Source of the DNA: an uncultured Roseburia sp.
Lineage (GTDB): Bacteria; Bacillota; Clostridia; Lachnospirales; Lachnospiraceae
Length of the DNA: 46,872 nt
Assembly (NCBI GenBank): GCA_947627165.1
Contig: CANQUZ010000001.1
Span: 1 to 46,872 of the forward strand
Direction of reading: 5' to 3'
Each line of letters starts with the position of its first letter. Position 1 is the first letter of the stretch. Below, piece after piece: positions 29,818-38,552 of this stretch. The notes under the pieces are model-generated. The model saw only the letters and a program-made list of their open reading frames with translations. It had not been told where the DNA came from and made no database searches. Made by a program: the position numbers and the translations under genes.

Positions 29818-29861
29818 AAAGCGCATGGAAAAACACGTTCTTCCATGCGCTCTTTTGTTTT
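29818..29861. terminator. Bidirectional intrinsic terminator between convergent transcription units
   Basis: agcgcatggaa / ttccatgcgct stem; T-rich tail on + (cttttgtttt), ttctcc on minus. Confidence 0.8.
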
Positions 29862-29873
29862 ACCTGCTGCTTC

Positions 29874-30674
29874 TTATCGGATGGCGCTTACCTCCGCCTC
29901 GCAGCCCTGTATCGTCTCCGCCACTTCCATATCATTCCCGTACAGAACTTTCGCAGTATAGCCGGTCTGGTATGTTACATCCTCTCCCAGCACATAGTTT
30001 CCGCCGCCTTTTAATAAGAGTTCCGGCTGCGTCACATCTATCAGAAAATGGATTTCTGCCAGCATCCCTTCCGCATCCACCACATAGGTGATGCTGGCGT
30101 TTTCAAAGCTGGCGTTGGCATACTGCTGATAGGACGCTTCCTGCAGCGCTGTCCCGCTGTCGTCCGCTTCTATCATCGAAAGAAGGTCCTGCTTCCGTTT
30201 CTCCAACAAATCGTCCGTCAGCCAAAACGTGATTTTCAGCCGGCCGCCCTCCTCCGCATATTCCGTATCCCGAATATCATTCACTCTAAGGGAAAATTCC
30301 GTCAATGCGTCAAACCCTGGCATGGCAGCCTGCGAATCTGTGATTTCCCAGCCGCCTTGTCCATCGTTCAGCCACTCCTGCCTTCCGTCAAAATAGCGTT
30401 TGAAGGATACCACCATACCGTCCGCATCATAGATCGCCAGTTCTTCCACCCAGTTTTCCATCAGCAAATCCGCCCATATCTTCTGAACCATCTCTTCCTC
30501 CCCGTTCAGAGAGGTCATTTCATAGCATAGATGTTGGGACCGGCGCAGGCTTCGCATGGCGCTCATTACAATGCCCATCTCCTCGCTGGCAACGCCGCCC
30601 GCTACGATCGCCTGTAAAAATAACGCTCCTGCCGCCACCACGACCCCGATTGCCTGAGCTGCTCTCCTATTCAT
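29874..30674 (-). CDS. Exported or membrane-anchored acidic hypothetical protein (possibly LolA/LppX-like beta-sheet fold)
   Basis: RBS GGAGGAG before ATG 30674; N-terminal hydrophobic helix; alternating beta-strand pattern. The fold is a guess. Confidence 0.65.
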   Translation of the reverse strand: MNRRAAQAIGVVVAAGALFLQAIVAGGVASEEMGIVMSAMRSLRRSQHLCYEMTSLNGEEEMVQKIWADLLMENWVEELAIYDADGMVVSFKRYFDGRQEWLNDGQGGWEITDSQAAMPGFDALTEFSLRVNDIRDTEYAEEGGRLKITFWLTDDLLEKRKQDLLSMIEADDSGTALQEASYQQYANASFENASITYVVDAEGMLAEIHFLIDVTQPELLLKGGGNYVLGEDVTYQTGYTAKVLYGNDMEVAETIQGCEAEVSAIR

Positions 30675-30729
30675 GGTTATCTCCTCCCATGTATCAGACT
30701 TCATTTCCCCTTTGCTACGTTCCATGGTA

Positions 30730-32025
30730 TCATTTTTTATGGGGGAATACAATCCATTTTATCGGTTCATACATCTTTTTCATCTGGCGCAGCATACGGG
30801 AAAAATCCCCCTCATCCACAAGGATATCGCAGTGTCCGGGATTCGTGCCAAACATCACCTTCCGCTCCATGCCAATCATCTGCTGCAGTTGGGCAATCAT
30901 ATTTTCCCTTGTGGCATTGCGGTTATAGATTTTAATATACGCATAACCAGGGTAGTCGTCGGAATCGAATTTTAAGACTTTTAAATCCTTGGTAATTCCG
31001 TTGCTCTCCAAAACCTGATAAAACTCATCGATGACCTGTTTCGGATATAGCATCATGAAATAAACCACCTGCTCCGTTTCGGGAGCCGCCCTGTTGATGA
31101 AGTTGCGGTATGGAGACTTGCGCAGTTCCCTGACGAGAAGCTTCTGCACTTCGTCCTCCGGCTCCTCATAATAGATAAACAATACGTCATCTACTATGAT
31201 ATTCGTAAAGCACTTTAACCCCGCCTCTTTGATAAGATTAGCGACTTCCCGCGATTTGCTGCTGGAAATCACATAGACTTTGCGGTACTCTTTTTCCGCG
31301 ATATGGTAGAGGGCCGCCCCGTCCATAACAATCACAGGCAGATTCAGCCGGACATCCCGCAAGGGTTCTAACAGCGATGCCGGCGTGCGCATCGTGGCAA
31401 TCGTGAATTTTACCCCTCTATCAATCAGGCGGTTCAGCTCTACCTTGCAATAATCGCTTAATCCGCCCTGCTGATTTAACAGGATACCGTCCACCCCTGA
31501 AATAAAAAGAATATCTTCCCTCTTCCCCTTCGGCAGAGAGAACTGATTCACGGCAAGCCCCACTATAATTCCAATGACTGTATCCAGAAATCGATTCCAC
31601 ACAAACAAATAGGGATTGCCGTCCCCGATATGATTGACCGCAATACTTAGGAACACGACGCAGGAAAAATAAGAGGCCTGCTTCTGTTTCATCAATACCG
31701 TCGTATAAAGCACTGCGCCAACCGTAAGGGATACTAACAGCGCATAGAATGCCCCGTTTTTTTCCATAGGGCTCCACAGCGTCTTTTCTGTCAGTAAAAA
31801 GATAAGCCCATACACAGCCCCCACTACCGTTCCGGTAAGCCGCTGCCTGGCGTTTTTCCAGGTATCATGGACATACATCTGTATGCACCAAAGCGCGGCA
31901 ATCTGGGAATAAAAAACAATTCCGCTGTCGCCGCGCAAAAATGAGATAAGGTAGCAGATAAACACTGCTACCGTTGATTTTATAATCCGCATACCTATGG
32001 AAGGCATATTCTTTAATTTTTCCAT
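30730..32025 (-). CDS. Aromatic-acid-exporter/FUSC-like membrane domain fused to a degenerate Cof-type HAD domain
   Basis: IGMRIIKS...RLTGTVVGA...RFLDTVIG N-terminus; C-terminus ISGVDGILL, TIATMR, VIVMDGAALY. Confidence 0.8.
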   Translation of the reverse strand: MEKLKNMPSIGMRIIKSTVAVFICYLISFLRGDSGIVFYSQIAALWCIQMYVHDTWKNARQRLTGTVVGAVYGLIFLLTEKTLWSPMEKNGAFYALLVSLTVGAVLYTTVLMKQKQASYFSCVVFLSIAVNHIGDGNPYLFVWNRFLDTVIGIIVGLAVNQFSLPKGKREDILFISGVDGILLNQQGGLSDYCKVELNRLIDRGVKFTIATMRTPASLLEPLRDVRLNLPVIVMDGAALYHIAEKEYRKVYVISSSKSREVANLIKEAGLKCFTNIIVDDVLFIYYEEPEDEVQKLLVRELRKSPYRNFINRAAPETEQVVYFMMLYPKQVIDEFYQVLESNGITKDLKVLKFDSDDYPGYAYIKIYNRNATRENMIAQLQQMIGMERKVMFGTNPGHCDILVDEGDFSRMLRQMKKMYEPIKWIVFPHKK

Positions 32026-32609
32026 CGCTCCCTCGCAATTTGCGCTAAAATCTGCGCCGTTCCCTCAATGCCGAACTCACTGCTGTTTAGCATTACGTGT
32101 TTATTGTCGAACACGGATTTTACCTCCGGACAATACTTTTTCTGGTAATTTGCCCGTTCCATGTCCACTTCTTTTATCATTTTTCTGGCAACCCGCTCTT
32201 CCATCATCAGCTCATGCACACAGTTGTGGAGCCTTGCTTCGTAAGGGGCATAAATATAAACGTTCAAACAGTTGTCCATATCCTTTAAAATGCTGTCCGC
32301 GCATCTCCCTACGATAATGCAGGAACTTTTTGACGCCACATCCTGTATGATATTCTTCTGCACAAAAAACACTTCATCGCTGATACTGTATATCCCCATA
32401 TTAAAGGGATACTTTTTTTTCAGAAAGAAAGTGCCTGTATTCTCTTCCACATGGCTGACGGTGGAAACGCTCTGCCCAAGCCTCTGGGCAGTCGCCTCGA
32501 CAATGTAGCGGTCATAATACTCTACTTCCAAAATCTCCGAGAGCCTTGCCGCGATGGTCCTCCCCATACTGCCAAATTGCCTTGAAATCGTAATGACAAA
32601 ATGCTCCAT
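32013..32609 (-). CDS. Cytidylate kinase-like family protein
   Basis: ITISRQFGSMGR, CIIVGRCADSIL, VYIYAPYEAR. Confidence 0.88.
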   Translation of the reverse strand: MEHFVITISRQFGSMGRTIAARLSEILEVEYYDRYIVEATAQRLGQSVSTVSHVEENTGTFFLKKKYPFNMGIYSISDEVFFVQKNIIQDVASKSSCIIVGRCADSILKDMDNCLNVYIYAPYEARLHNCVHELMMEERVARKMIKEVDMERANYQKKYCPEVKSVFDNKHVMLNSSEFGIEGTAQILAQIARERWKN

Positions 32610-32651
32610 ATAATATTCCTCCCTCTCCTTTTCCTCTTTTATCGCTTTCCC

Positions 32652-33419
32652 TTACTCCAATGCCACAGGCTTTGGCGCCGTCTTCCGCTTCTTCTGAAGG
32701 GAACGGACTACACAGGATAACGTAAAGTTAATGATAAAATATATCAGCGCCGCACAGCCGAACAGGACAAAGACATCGGTCACATTGATTTTTCCTGTGC
32801 CATTATACATATTGGCGGAACTGAGGATTTGCTTGGTGCGCGCCATCAATTCAATGACAGCCACGTTGGCGAGATAGGAAGAATCCTTGACGGTCGTAAT
32901 AATCTGGCTCAACAGCGTAGGCACTACATTGCGGTAAGCCTGCGGCAGCACAATATAAATCATAATCTGCACTGTGTGGAACCCCTGGGAATGCCCCGCC
33001 TCAAACTGCCCTTCCGCCACAGCGTTCAAGCCGCCCCGGATAATCTCCGCCGTCACGGACGAGGTAAATAAAATCAACGCCACAGACGCTTTAAACAGCA
33101 GCTTTGTCTCCACGGAAGTCAGCGTAAACATTTTTTGCGAAAAAATGGACGGGCAGGGACAAAAAACCAGACAGATAAAAATCCACAATAACAGCGGCGT
33201 GTTGCGGAACACTTCAATGTAAATGGCAGCCAGATACCGAAATACCACGGTCCACCCCTTGCTGCAGTAATTCCGCACCAATGCCAAAACAGAGCCAAAA
33301 ATCACGCCGCAAACAACTGCGATAACAGAAATAATCAGTGTAAACAGCACACCCCGCAATAAGAACAGCCAGATAGCCTCATTTTTCAATATGGATAAGC
33401 TTGCCTCAAGATTGCTCAT
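32652..33419 (-). CDS. Polar amino acid ABC permease
   Basis: YIEVFRNTPLLL, AEIIRGG, GQFEA, ILPQ-type motif, KDSS. Confidence 0.93.
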   Translation of the reverse strand: MSNLEASLSILKNEAIWLFLLRGVLFTLIISVIAVVCGVIFGSVLALVRNYCSKGWTVVFRYLAAIYIEVFRNTPLLLWIFICLVFCPCPSIFSQKMFTLTSVETKLLFKASVALILFTSSVTAEIIRGGLNAVAEGQFEAGHSQGFHTVQIMIYIVLPQAYRNVVPTLLSQIITTVKDSSYLANVAVIELMARTKQILSSANMYNGTGKINVTDVFVLFGCAALIYFIINFTLSCVVRSLQKKRKTAPKPVALE

Positions 33420-34141
33420 ACTTCCATCATCCTCCCTTCCCCATTATTCTTCTGTACCCTCCGGTCGCGTCTCTTCAAATTCAGCTCCCAGACGCTCGCT
33501 AATTTGGAGAGAGGGAAACATATGACAAAGAACAGCAGTCCGCTTACAATGTACGCCGGGGCGTATGCGCCTCCTGTGGAAGCCCCCGTCACAAAGTTGT
33601 AAGTCTGAGAAATCAAATCTGCTCCGCCGATGATATACAGGCAGGACGTATTTTTTATCAGGTTCACGACCTGGTTTACCATAGGCGGTAAAATGATTTT
33701 AATGCTCTGTGGAAGGATGATATAATACATCCTTCCAATATAGCCAAACCCCTGGGAAGACGCCGCCTCAAACTGCCCCTTCGGAATCGCCTCGATGCCC
33801 GCGCGGATGACCTCCGCCATATAGGCACCGTGGTAAATCCCGATGGACAGAATGCCGGTCGGTATAATCCCGATGCTTTTCCCGGAAAATGCAAGGGCGT
33901 AATACAAAAAGCAAATCTGCAGCAACAGCGGCGTATTTTGTATCACTTCCACATATACCCGGCTAATTCCCCTTAGTATGATTTTCCCGCTGGTTGCCAT
34001 AAGACCTAACACAATCCCAAGAACCATAGATAATAAAACTGCCGCCGCCGCTGTCAGCAATGTATTTAAAAAGCCCATTTCAAAGGTATTCCGATAAGTC
34101 CAGACCTTGATCCAAGCGTCTTTTGAAAGCAAACCAGCCAT
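33416..34141 (-). CDS. Polar amino acid ABC permease
   Basis: YVEVIQNTPLLLQ, AEVIRAGI, GQFEAA, LIKNTS. Confidence 0.93.
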   Translation of the reverse strand: MAGLLSKDAWIKVWTYRNTFEMGFLNTLLTAAAAVLLSMVLGIVLGLMATSGKIILRGISRVYVEVIQNTPLLLQICFLYYALAFSGKSIGIIPTGILSIGIYHGAYMAEVIRAGIEAIPKGQFEAASSQGFGYIGRMYYIILPQSIKIILPPMVNQVVNLIKNTSCLYIIGGADLISQTYNFVTGASTGGAYAPAYIVSGLLFFVICFPLSKLASVWELNLKRRDRRVQKNNGEGRMMEV

Positions 34142-34166
34142 CTAATTCCCTCCAGTCCTAAAATTC

Positions 34167-35066
34167 TTATTCTAATCCGTTTTCAGATATCAATGCTTCT
34201 ATGGTTCCGTCTTCTAACCATCCCTTGATTAATTCGTCCACCACTCCGGATAATCCGCTTCCCTTCGTTGTGGCAACGCCGTACTCCTGGGGAGCAAACT
34301 GTTCTTCGATATAAGAACGGTCGTCTGTATGATAAATTGCCAGAATGGATTTATCTACACAAAAAGCGGATATTTCGCCGGCGCTTAACGCGGTGGATAT
34401 CGTTGGGTAATCGTCATACTGCTGGAAGCTTATGCCCTCTGTCCATGCCGCCGGGTCAAATGTCTCCATATCGAACCCTTCCCCGGAAATATAACCTTTG
34501 TCTATCATTTCCTGTACGAGGGATCTTGCGGAAGTAGATCCGGAAGAAACGCCGACTTTTTTATCTTTCAGCCCTTCCAGAGAAGTGATTCCGCTATCAT
34601 TCTGTACCAATACCGTTACATAATCCGTATAATAAGGGGTGGAGAAATCCCAGGTCTGTTTTCTCTCATCTGTGATTGTAAACGTCGCAAGCACGCAGTC
34701 AATGTCTCCGGCGTCTAACACTTCTGACCTCGTCGCCGCAGTCACTGTCGTAAACTCCACATCCACTCCAAGGTTTTCTGCGATTTTTTCTGCAAGCGAA
34801 ATCTCCATGCCGGAATATTCCTGGGTAATGGGATCCTGATAACCAAAACCTACTACGGCATTTTTTACCCCAACCCGCAATACTCCGCGGTCTATAATCT
34901 CCTGGACATCCGCCGGATAATCCGTATCAGCTCCCTGCTGCACATCCGCTGCCGCCGAATCTGCTTTCGCGTCTGTTTTGGCGTCCGTCTCGCCGCACCC
35001 GGTGAGAGTCATGCAGCCCATTGTCAGCATCATCCCTAATGCCATCCATTTTTTCCATTTTTTCAT
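34167..35066 (-). CDS. Amino acid ABC substrate-binding lipoprotein (SBP_bac_3; PEB1-like, possibly Asp/Glu)
   Basis: Lipobox LTGC; RGVLRVGVK, VTAATR, ATFTITDERK, VDKSIL. Confidence 0.9.
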   Translation of the reverse strand: MKKWKKWMALGMMLTMGCMTLTGCGETDAKTDAKADSAAADVQQGADTDYPADVQEIIDRGVLRVGVKNAVVGFGYQDPITQEYSGMEISLAEKIAENLGVDVEFTTVTAATRSEVLDAGDIDCVLATFTITDERKQTWDFSTPYYTDYVTVLVQNDSGITSLEGLKDKKVGVSSGSTSARSLVQEMIDKGYISGEGFDMETFDPAAWTEGISFQQYDDYPTISTALSAGEISAFCVDKSILAIYHTDDRSYIEEQFAPQEYGVATTKGSGLSGVVDELIKGWLEDGTIEALISENGLE

Positions 35067-35173
35067 AATTTTTACCTCCTGAAATATTATCTAAAGAAAT
35101 GCCGCTTGTATCGGCATATTCCCCAAACAGCCAGTGAGCTTCGTCTCACGGACTGTCGATAGCGCGTTTCCTC

Positions 35174-35896
35174 CTAGCGGATAATTTTGCCCAAAAACTG
35201 TTTTACCCGCTCGTTTTTCGGATTGGTAAAGAAATGCTCCGGAGTCCCTTCCTCGATAATCTCTCCATCCGCCATAAAGACCACCCGGTCTGCCACCTGT
35301 CTGGCAAATCCCATTTCATGCGTCACCACAACCATGGTGATATTCTCCGCCGCCAGCTTTATCATAACGTCTAACACTTCCTGTATGGTTTCCGGATCCA
35401 GCGCAGAAGTCGGCTCGTCAAAGAGAATAATCTTGCTTTCCGCGCAAAGCGCCCTCGCGATGGCAATCCTCTGCTGCTGCCCGCCGGAAAGAGTCGTCGG
35501 ATAAACGTGAGCTTTGTCTTTCAGGCCCACCACCTCTAAATAATGATGCGCCAATTCCTCCGCTTCCTTTTTGCTTTTATGGTGAAGCTTCATGGGAGCT
35601 AACGTGAGATTCTTCAATACGGTCATATGGGGATACAGATTAAACTGCTGGAACACCATGGAAGTAGTCTCCCTCACCAGTTTTGTTTTATTTTTTGAGG
35701 TCAGCTCTTTTCCATCAATATACACATGGCCGCTGGTAGGCTCTTCTAAGAAATTCATGCAGCGGACTGTGGTGGATTTTCCGGAGCCGGAAGGTCCCAC
35801 TATTACCAGTTTCTCACCCTCTTTTACCTCCAGGTTCACGTTCTTTAACACATGGAGCTCTCCAAAGTACTTGTTCACATTTTCCAGTTTTATCAT
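35174..35896 (-). CDS. Amino acid ABC ATPase (GlnQ family)
   Basis: [38 protein letters not shown]. Confidence 0.95.
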   Translation of the reverse strand: MIKLENVNKYFGELHVLKNVNLEVKEGEKLVIVGPSGSGKSTTVRCMNFLEEPTSGHVYIDGKELTSKNKTKLVRETTSMVFQQFNLYPHMTVLKNLTLAPMKLHHKSKKEAEELAHHYLEVVGLKDKAHVYPTTLSGGQQQRIAIARALCAESKIILFDEPTSALDPETIQEVLDVMIKLAAENITMVVVTHEMGFARQVADRVVFMADGEIIEEGTPEHFFTNPKNERVKQFLGKIIR

Positions 35897-35932
35897 AGAA
35901 CAATCTCCTCTCCCAAAATCGTCAAATATATC

Positions 35933-36022
35933 AAAAGCGCCCGTCGTAATGCCAACTCCCCATCACGCCGGACGCCTTTGCCCTAAATAAAAGGCGTCTG
36001 GTAGGAATCAGACGTCTTTGTC
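35933..36022 (-). promoter_or_regulatory. ANTAR-type antitermination leader (two hexaloop hairpins, each overlapping a terminator)
   Basis: GAC-AAAGAC-GTC (36022-36011) and GGC-AAAGGC-GTC (35982-35971), both with loop A1/G4; alternative stems aaagacgtctg/cagacgcctttt and ggcgtccg/cgggcgctttt. Confidence 0.78.
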
Positions 36023-36031
36023 ACTTATTGT

Positions 36032-36060
36032 AATCTAACAGAGTTTCTAGTTTTTGTCAA
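36032..36060 (-). promoter_or_regulatory. Sigma-A promoter of the amino acid ABC operon
   Basis: TTGACA-17 bp-TAGATT with extended TG. Confidence 0.75.
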
Positions 36061-36089
36061 GTTACTTTTTTACATTAAAGTTTTAATTT

Positions 36090-36235
36090 GTAACAATTCA
36101 GCCATAAGCAGTCTCGTAGGCGAATCATGCTTGCATGAATGAGCATACGAGACTGCTTATGAGCAGAACGCCCGTTCATGAGCAATTTTGAAGCCCGTAG
36201 TGCGGGATTGCGAATGGCGTGGGCTGAACTGTTAC
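36090..36235 (+). mobile_element. 146-bp MITE-like element, copy 3
   Basis: Full length; one mismatch in the left TIR; flanks T-rich with no clean duplication (TTTAATTT / TTTTATCC). Confidence 0.9.
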
Positions 36236-36278
36236 TTTTATCCTGTAAAATTCAGCAAAAAACACAAAAATCTTTTTC

Positions 36279-36307
36279 TTGACAGACGCCTTTTCTTGAA
36301 CTATAAT
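36279..36307 (+). promoter_or_regulatory. Sigma-A promoter of tyrS
   Basis: Consensus TTGACA-17 bp-TATAAT. Confidence 0.9.
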
Positions 36308-36327
36308 GCCGTTAATTAAAAAATTAA

Positions 36328-36640
36328 CAGCTTTGACGGGAAGAAGTAAGAATAAGAACGGCCAGACAGAAAGCAGCCGGCGGATGAGAGGCGCGTGGAC
36401 CCCTTATTCCGAATACATCCCTGAGCTTCACACCGAACATGGTTTTGCTTCCTGTACCGCAGGCTACATACGGCAGAAAAGAAAAGCAAGGTCATCAGTA
36501 GGCTGTGACGTAGTGGTACACGTTACAAGTGCCGGAGTGTTGTTTTGACACTCGCTGAGGCGGGCAGTGTGAACTGTCTGCGAACAAAGGTGGTAACACG
36601 AGCTTAAACCCTCGTCCTTTCATGGGACGAGGGTTTTTTT
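36328..36640 (+). promoter_or_regulatory. T-box riboswitch, Tyr specifier
   Basis: Stem I with AGTA and GATGAGA motifs; specifier GAA-TAC (36414-36416); T-box AAAGGTGGTAACACG; terminator ctcgtcc/ggacgag followed by T7. Confidence 0.93.
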
Positions 36641-36734
36641 ATGACAATGAATCACAGCGTGTGCCATCCATTGTCTTCACTCAGAAAACACCTGTAACCG
36701 CTTTTTCTTTTTAATCATTAGGAGGATATGGAGC

Positions 36735-37970
36735 ATGACATTATACGATGAATTAGTCGCCCGCGGCCTCATTGCCCAGGTGACGGATGAAAACGAAATC
36801 AAGGACTTAATCAACAATGGGAAGGCAACCTTCTACATCGGCTTTGACCCTACCGCCGACAGCCTTCATGTGGGACATTTTATGGCGCTTTGCTTAATGA
36901 AACGTTTACAGATGGCAGGAAATAAGCCGATTGCTTTAATCGGAGGCGGAACCGCCATGATCGGCGACCCTTCTGGACGTACCGATATGCGCCAGATGAT
37001 GACCGCTGAAACGATTCGTCATAACTGCGACTGCTTTAAAAAGCAGATGAGCCGCTTTATTGATTTTGGCGAGGGAAAAGCCATTATGGTAAACAATGCC
37101 GACTGGCTGATGGACTTAAACTACATTGATGTTTTGCGTGAAGTGGGGCCTCATTTTTCCGTAAACCGTATGCTGACGGCAGAATGCTACAAGCAGCGCA
37201 TGGAAAAAGGCTTAAGCTTCTTAGAATTTAACTACATGATTATGCAGAGCTATGACTTCTACATTTTATTCCAGAAATACGGCTGTAACATGGAGTTTGG
37301 CGGCGACGACCAGTGGAGCAATATGTTAGGGGGCACAGAGTTAATCCGCCGTAAATTGGGGAAAGACGCTTACGCTATGACCATCAATCTGCTGCTCAAC
37401 TCCGAAGGGAAAAAGATGGGAAAAACCCAGTCCGGCGCCGTATGGCTTGACCCGGAGAAAACCTCGCCTTTTGATTTCTTCCAGTACTGGAGAAATGTGG
37501 CTGATTCTGACGTCTTAAAGTGTATCCGTATGCTGACGTTCCTTCCCTTAGAGGAAATCGCCGCGATGGAAAGCTGGGAAGGCGCGCAGCTGAACCAGGC
37601 AAAGGAAATTTTAGCCTTTGAATTAACGAAATTAGTACACGGCGAAGAGGAAGCGGTAAAAGCACGGGAAGCATCCCACGCCCTGTTTGCAGGCGGTGGC
37701 GACGCAGCCCATATGCCCGCCGTAGAACTGACTGCTGCCGACTTTACCGACAACGATATGGATATTTTAGCACTCCTGGTGAAAACAGGCTTAACCGCTT
37801 CCCGCTCAGAAGCCCGCCGGGCGGTAGAACAGGGCGGCGTCACCGTTGCCGATGAAAAGATTTCCGATATCAAAACGGCTTATACCGCCGATTCCTTTGG
37901 AGAAGAAGGTCTTGTGGTAAAACGTGGAAAAAAGAAATTTGTGAAAGTAACCGTAAAAAAGGATGCCTAA
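36735..37970 (+). CDS. tyrS: Tyrosyl-tRNA synthetase
   Basis: [29 protein letters not shown]-terminal S4-like domain. Confidence 0.97.
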   Translation: MTLYDELVARGLIAQVTDENEIKDLINNGKATFYIGFDPTADSLHVGHFMALCLMKRLQMAGNKPIALIGGGTAMIGDPSGRTDMRQMMTAETIRHNCDCFKKQMSRFIDFGEGKAIMVNNADWLMDLNYIDVLREVGPHFSVNRMLTAECYKQRMEKGLSFLEFNYMIMQSYDFYILFQKYGCNMEFGGDDQWSNMLGGTELIRRKLGKDAYAMTINLLLNSEGKKMGKTQSGAVWLDPEKTSPFDFFQYWRNVADSDVLKCIRMLTFLPLEEIAAMESWEGAQLNQAKEILAFELTKLVHGEEEAVKAREASHALFAGGGDAAHMPAVELTAADFTDNDMDILALLVKTGLTASRSEARRAVEQGGVTVADEKISDIKTAYTADSFGEEGLVVKRGKKKFVKVTVKKDA

Positions 37971-37989
37971 TTTTGGGCATCCTTTTTTA
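37954..37989. terminator. Bidirectional terminator overlapping the tyrS stop codon
   Basis: taaaaaaggatgcc / ggcatcctttttta. Confidence 0.88.
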
Positions 37990-38007
37990 GCGCTCATTAC
38001 AAAATCC

Positions 38008-38454
38008 TCAGTATCTGATTCTCATTTTCTTCTTTTTTTTACGGTAATACCTGTCTCCTCTGCTTTTGAATACCGTAAGGCATCTATTTCTTATAAAACC
38101 GTCATCATTCCATTTCCAAATGTTTTTGATATCATGGATCGTCAACTCACTGATATTCACTTCCGCTCTCTCCACAGGCGTTTTATCACCCATCCAAGTA
38201 TCAAATAATTCAACCGTAAATCTATCTTCTAATAATTCCTTGATGTAATCTAAAATGATTTGAGCATTCTTATCACTATAATTCCATTCTATGTAATTTA
38301 TATACTTTTTATCTGTGTATTGAGAAGCATAATCCGTCTCCCGTTCTATCCAGACATTGATGGAATCGTTCATATGATAAAGAATATGAATTTCCGGCAT
38401 TTCTCTGTCACTCGCAAAAAAACGATATCCGCTCAAGTTTTTACTCCTGATCAT
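38008..38454 (-). CDS. Low-GC hypothetical protein
   Basis: 148-codon ORF filling an AT-rich intergenic space; start uncertain; no recognisable motif. Confidence 0.65.
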   Translation of the reverse strand: MIRSKNLSGYRFFASDREMPEIHILYHMNDSINVWIERETDYASQYTDKKYINYIEWNYSDKNAQIILDYIKELLEDRFTVELFDTWMGDKTPVERAEVNISELTIHDIKNIWKWNDDGFIRNRCLTVFKSRGDRYYRKKKKKMRIRY

Positions 38455-38504
38455 TTAACATTGTTTTTACTGAAAGAAAAAAATTTCCTTCTTAATATTT
38501 AATT

Positions 38505-38542
38505 CCGGCATTCAGATGGAATGTACCATCCATCATTGCCGG
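38505..38542 (-). terminator. Stem-loop downstream of the soluble chemoreceptor gene
   Basis: ccggca...gatgg/ccatc...tgccgg. Confidence 0.45.
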
Positions 38543-38552
38543 GTAATCATCT

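Noticed and set aside
35989-36294. 12-bp inverted repeat AAAAGGCGTCTG / CAGACGCCTTTT around the divergent promoter region as an invertible switch
   Set aside because: No recombinase nearby; one arm is explained by the ANTAR terminator and the other lies in the tyrS promoter spacer; most likely coincidental.
36306-36548. 80-aa ORF upstream of tyrS as a leader peptide
   Set aside because: It starts within the -10 element and overlaps the T-box RNA, which fully explains the region.
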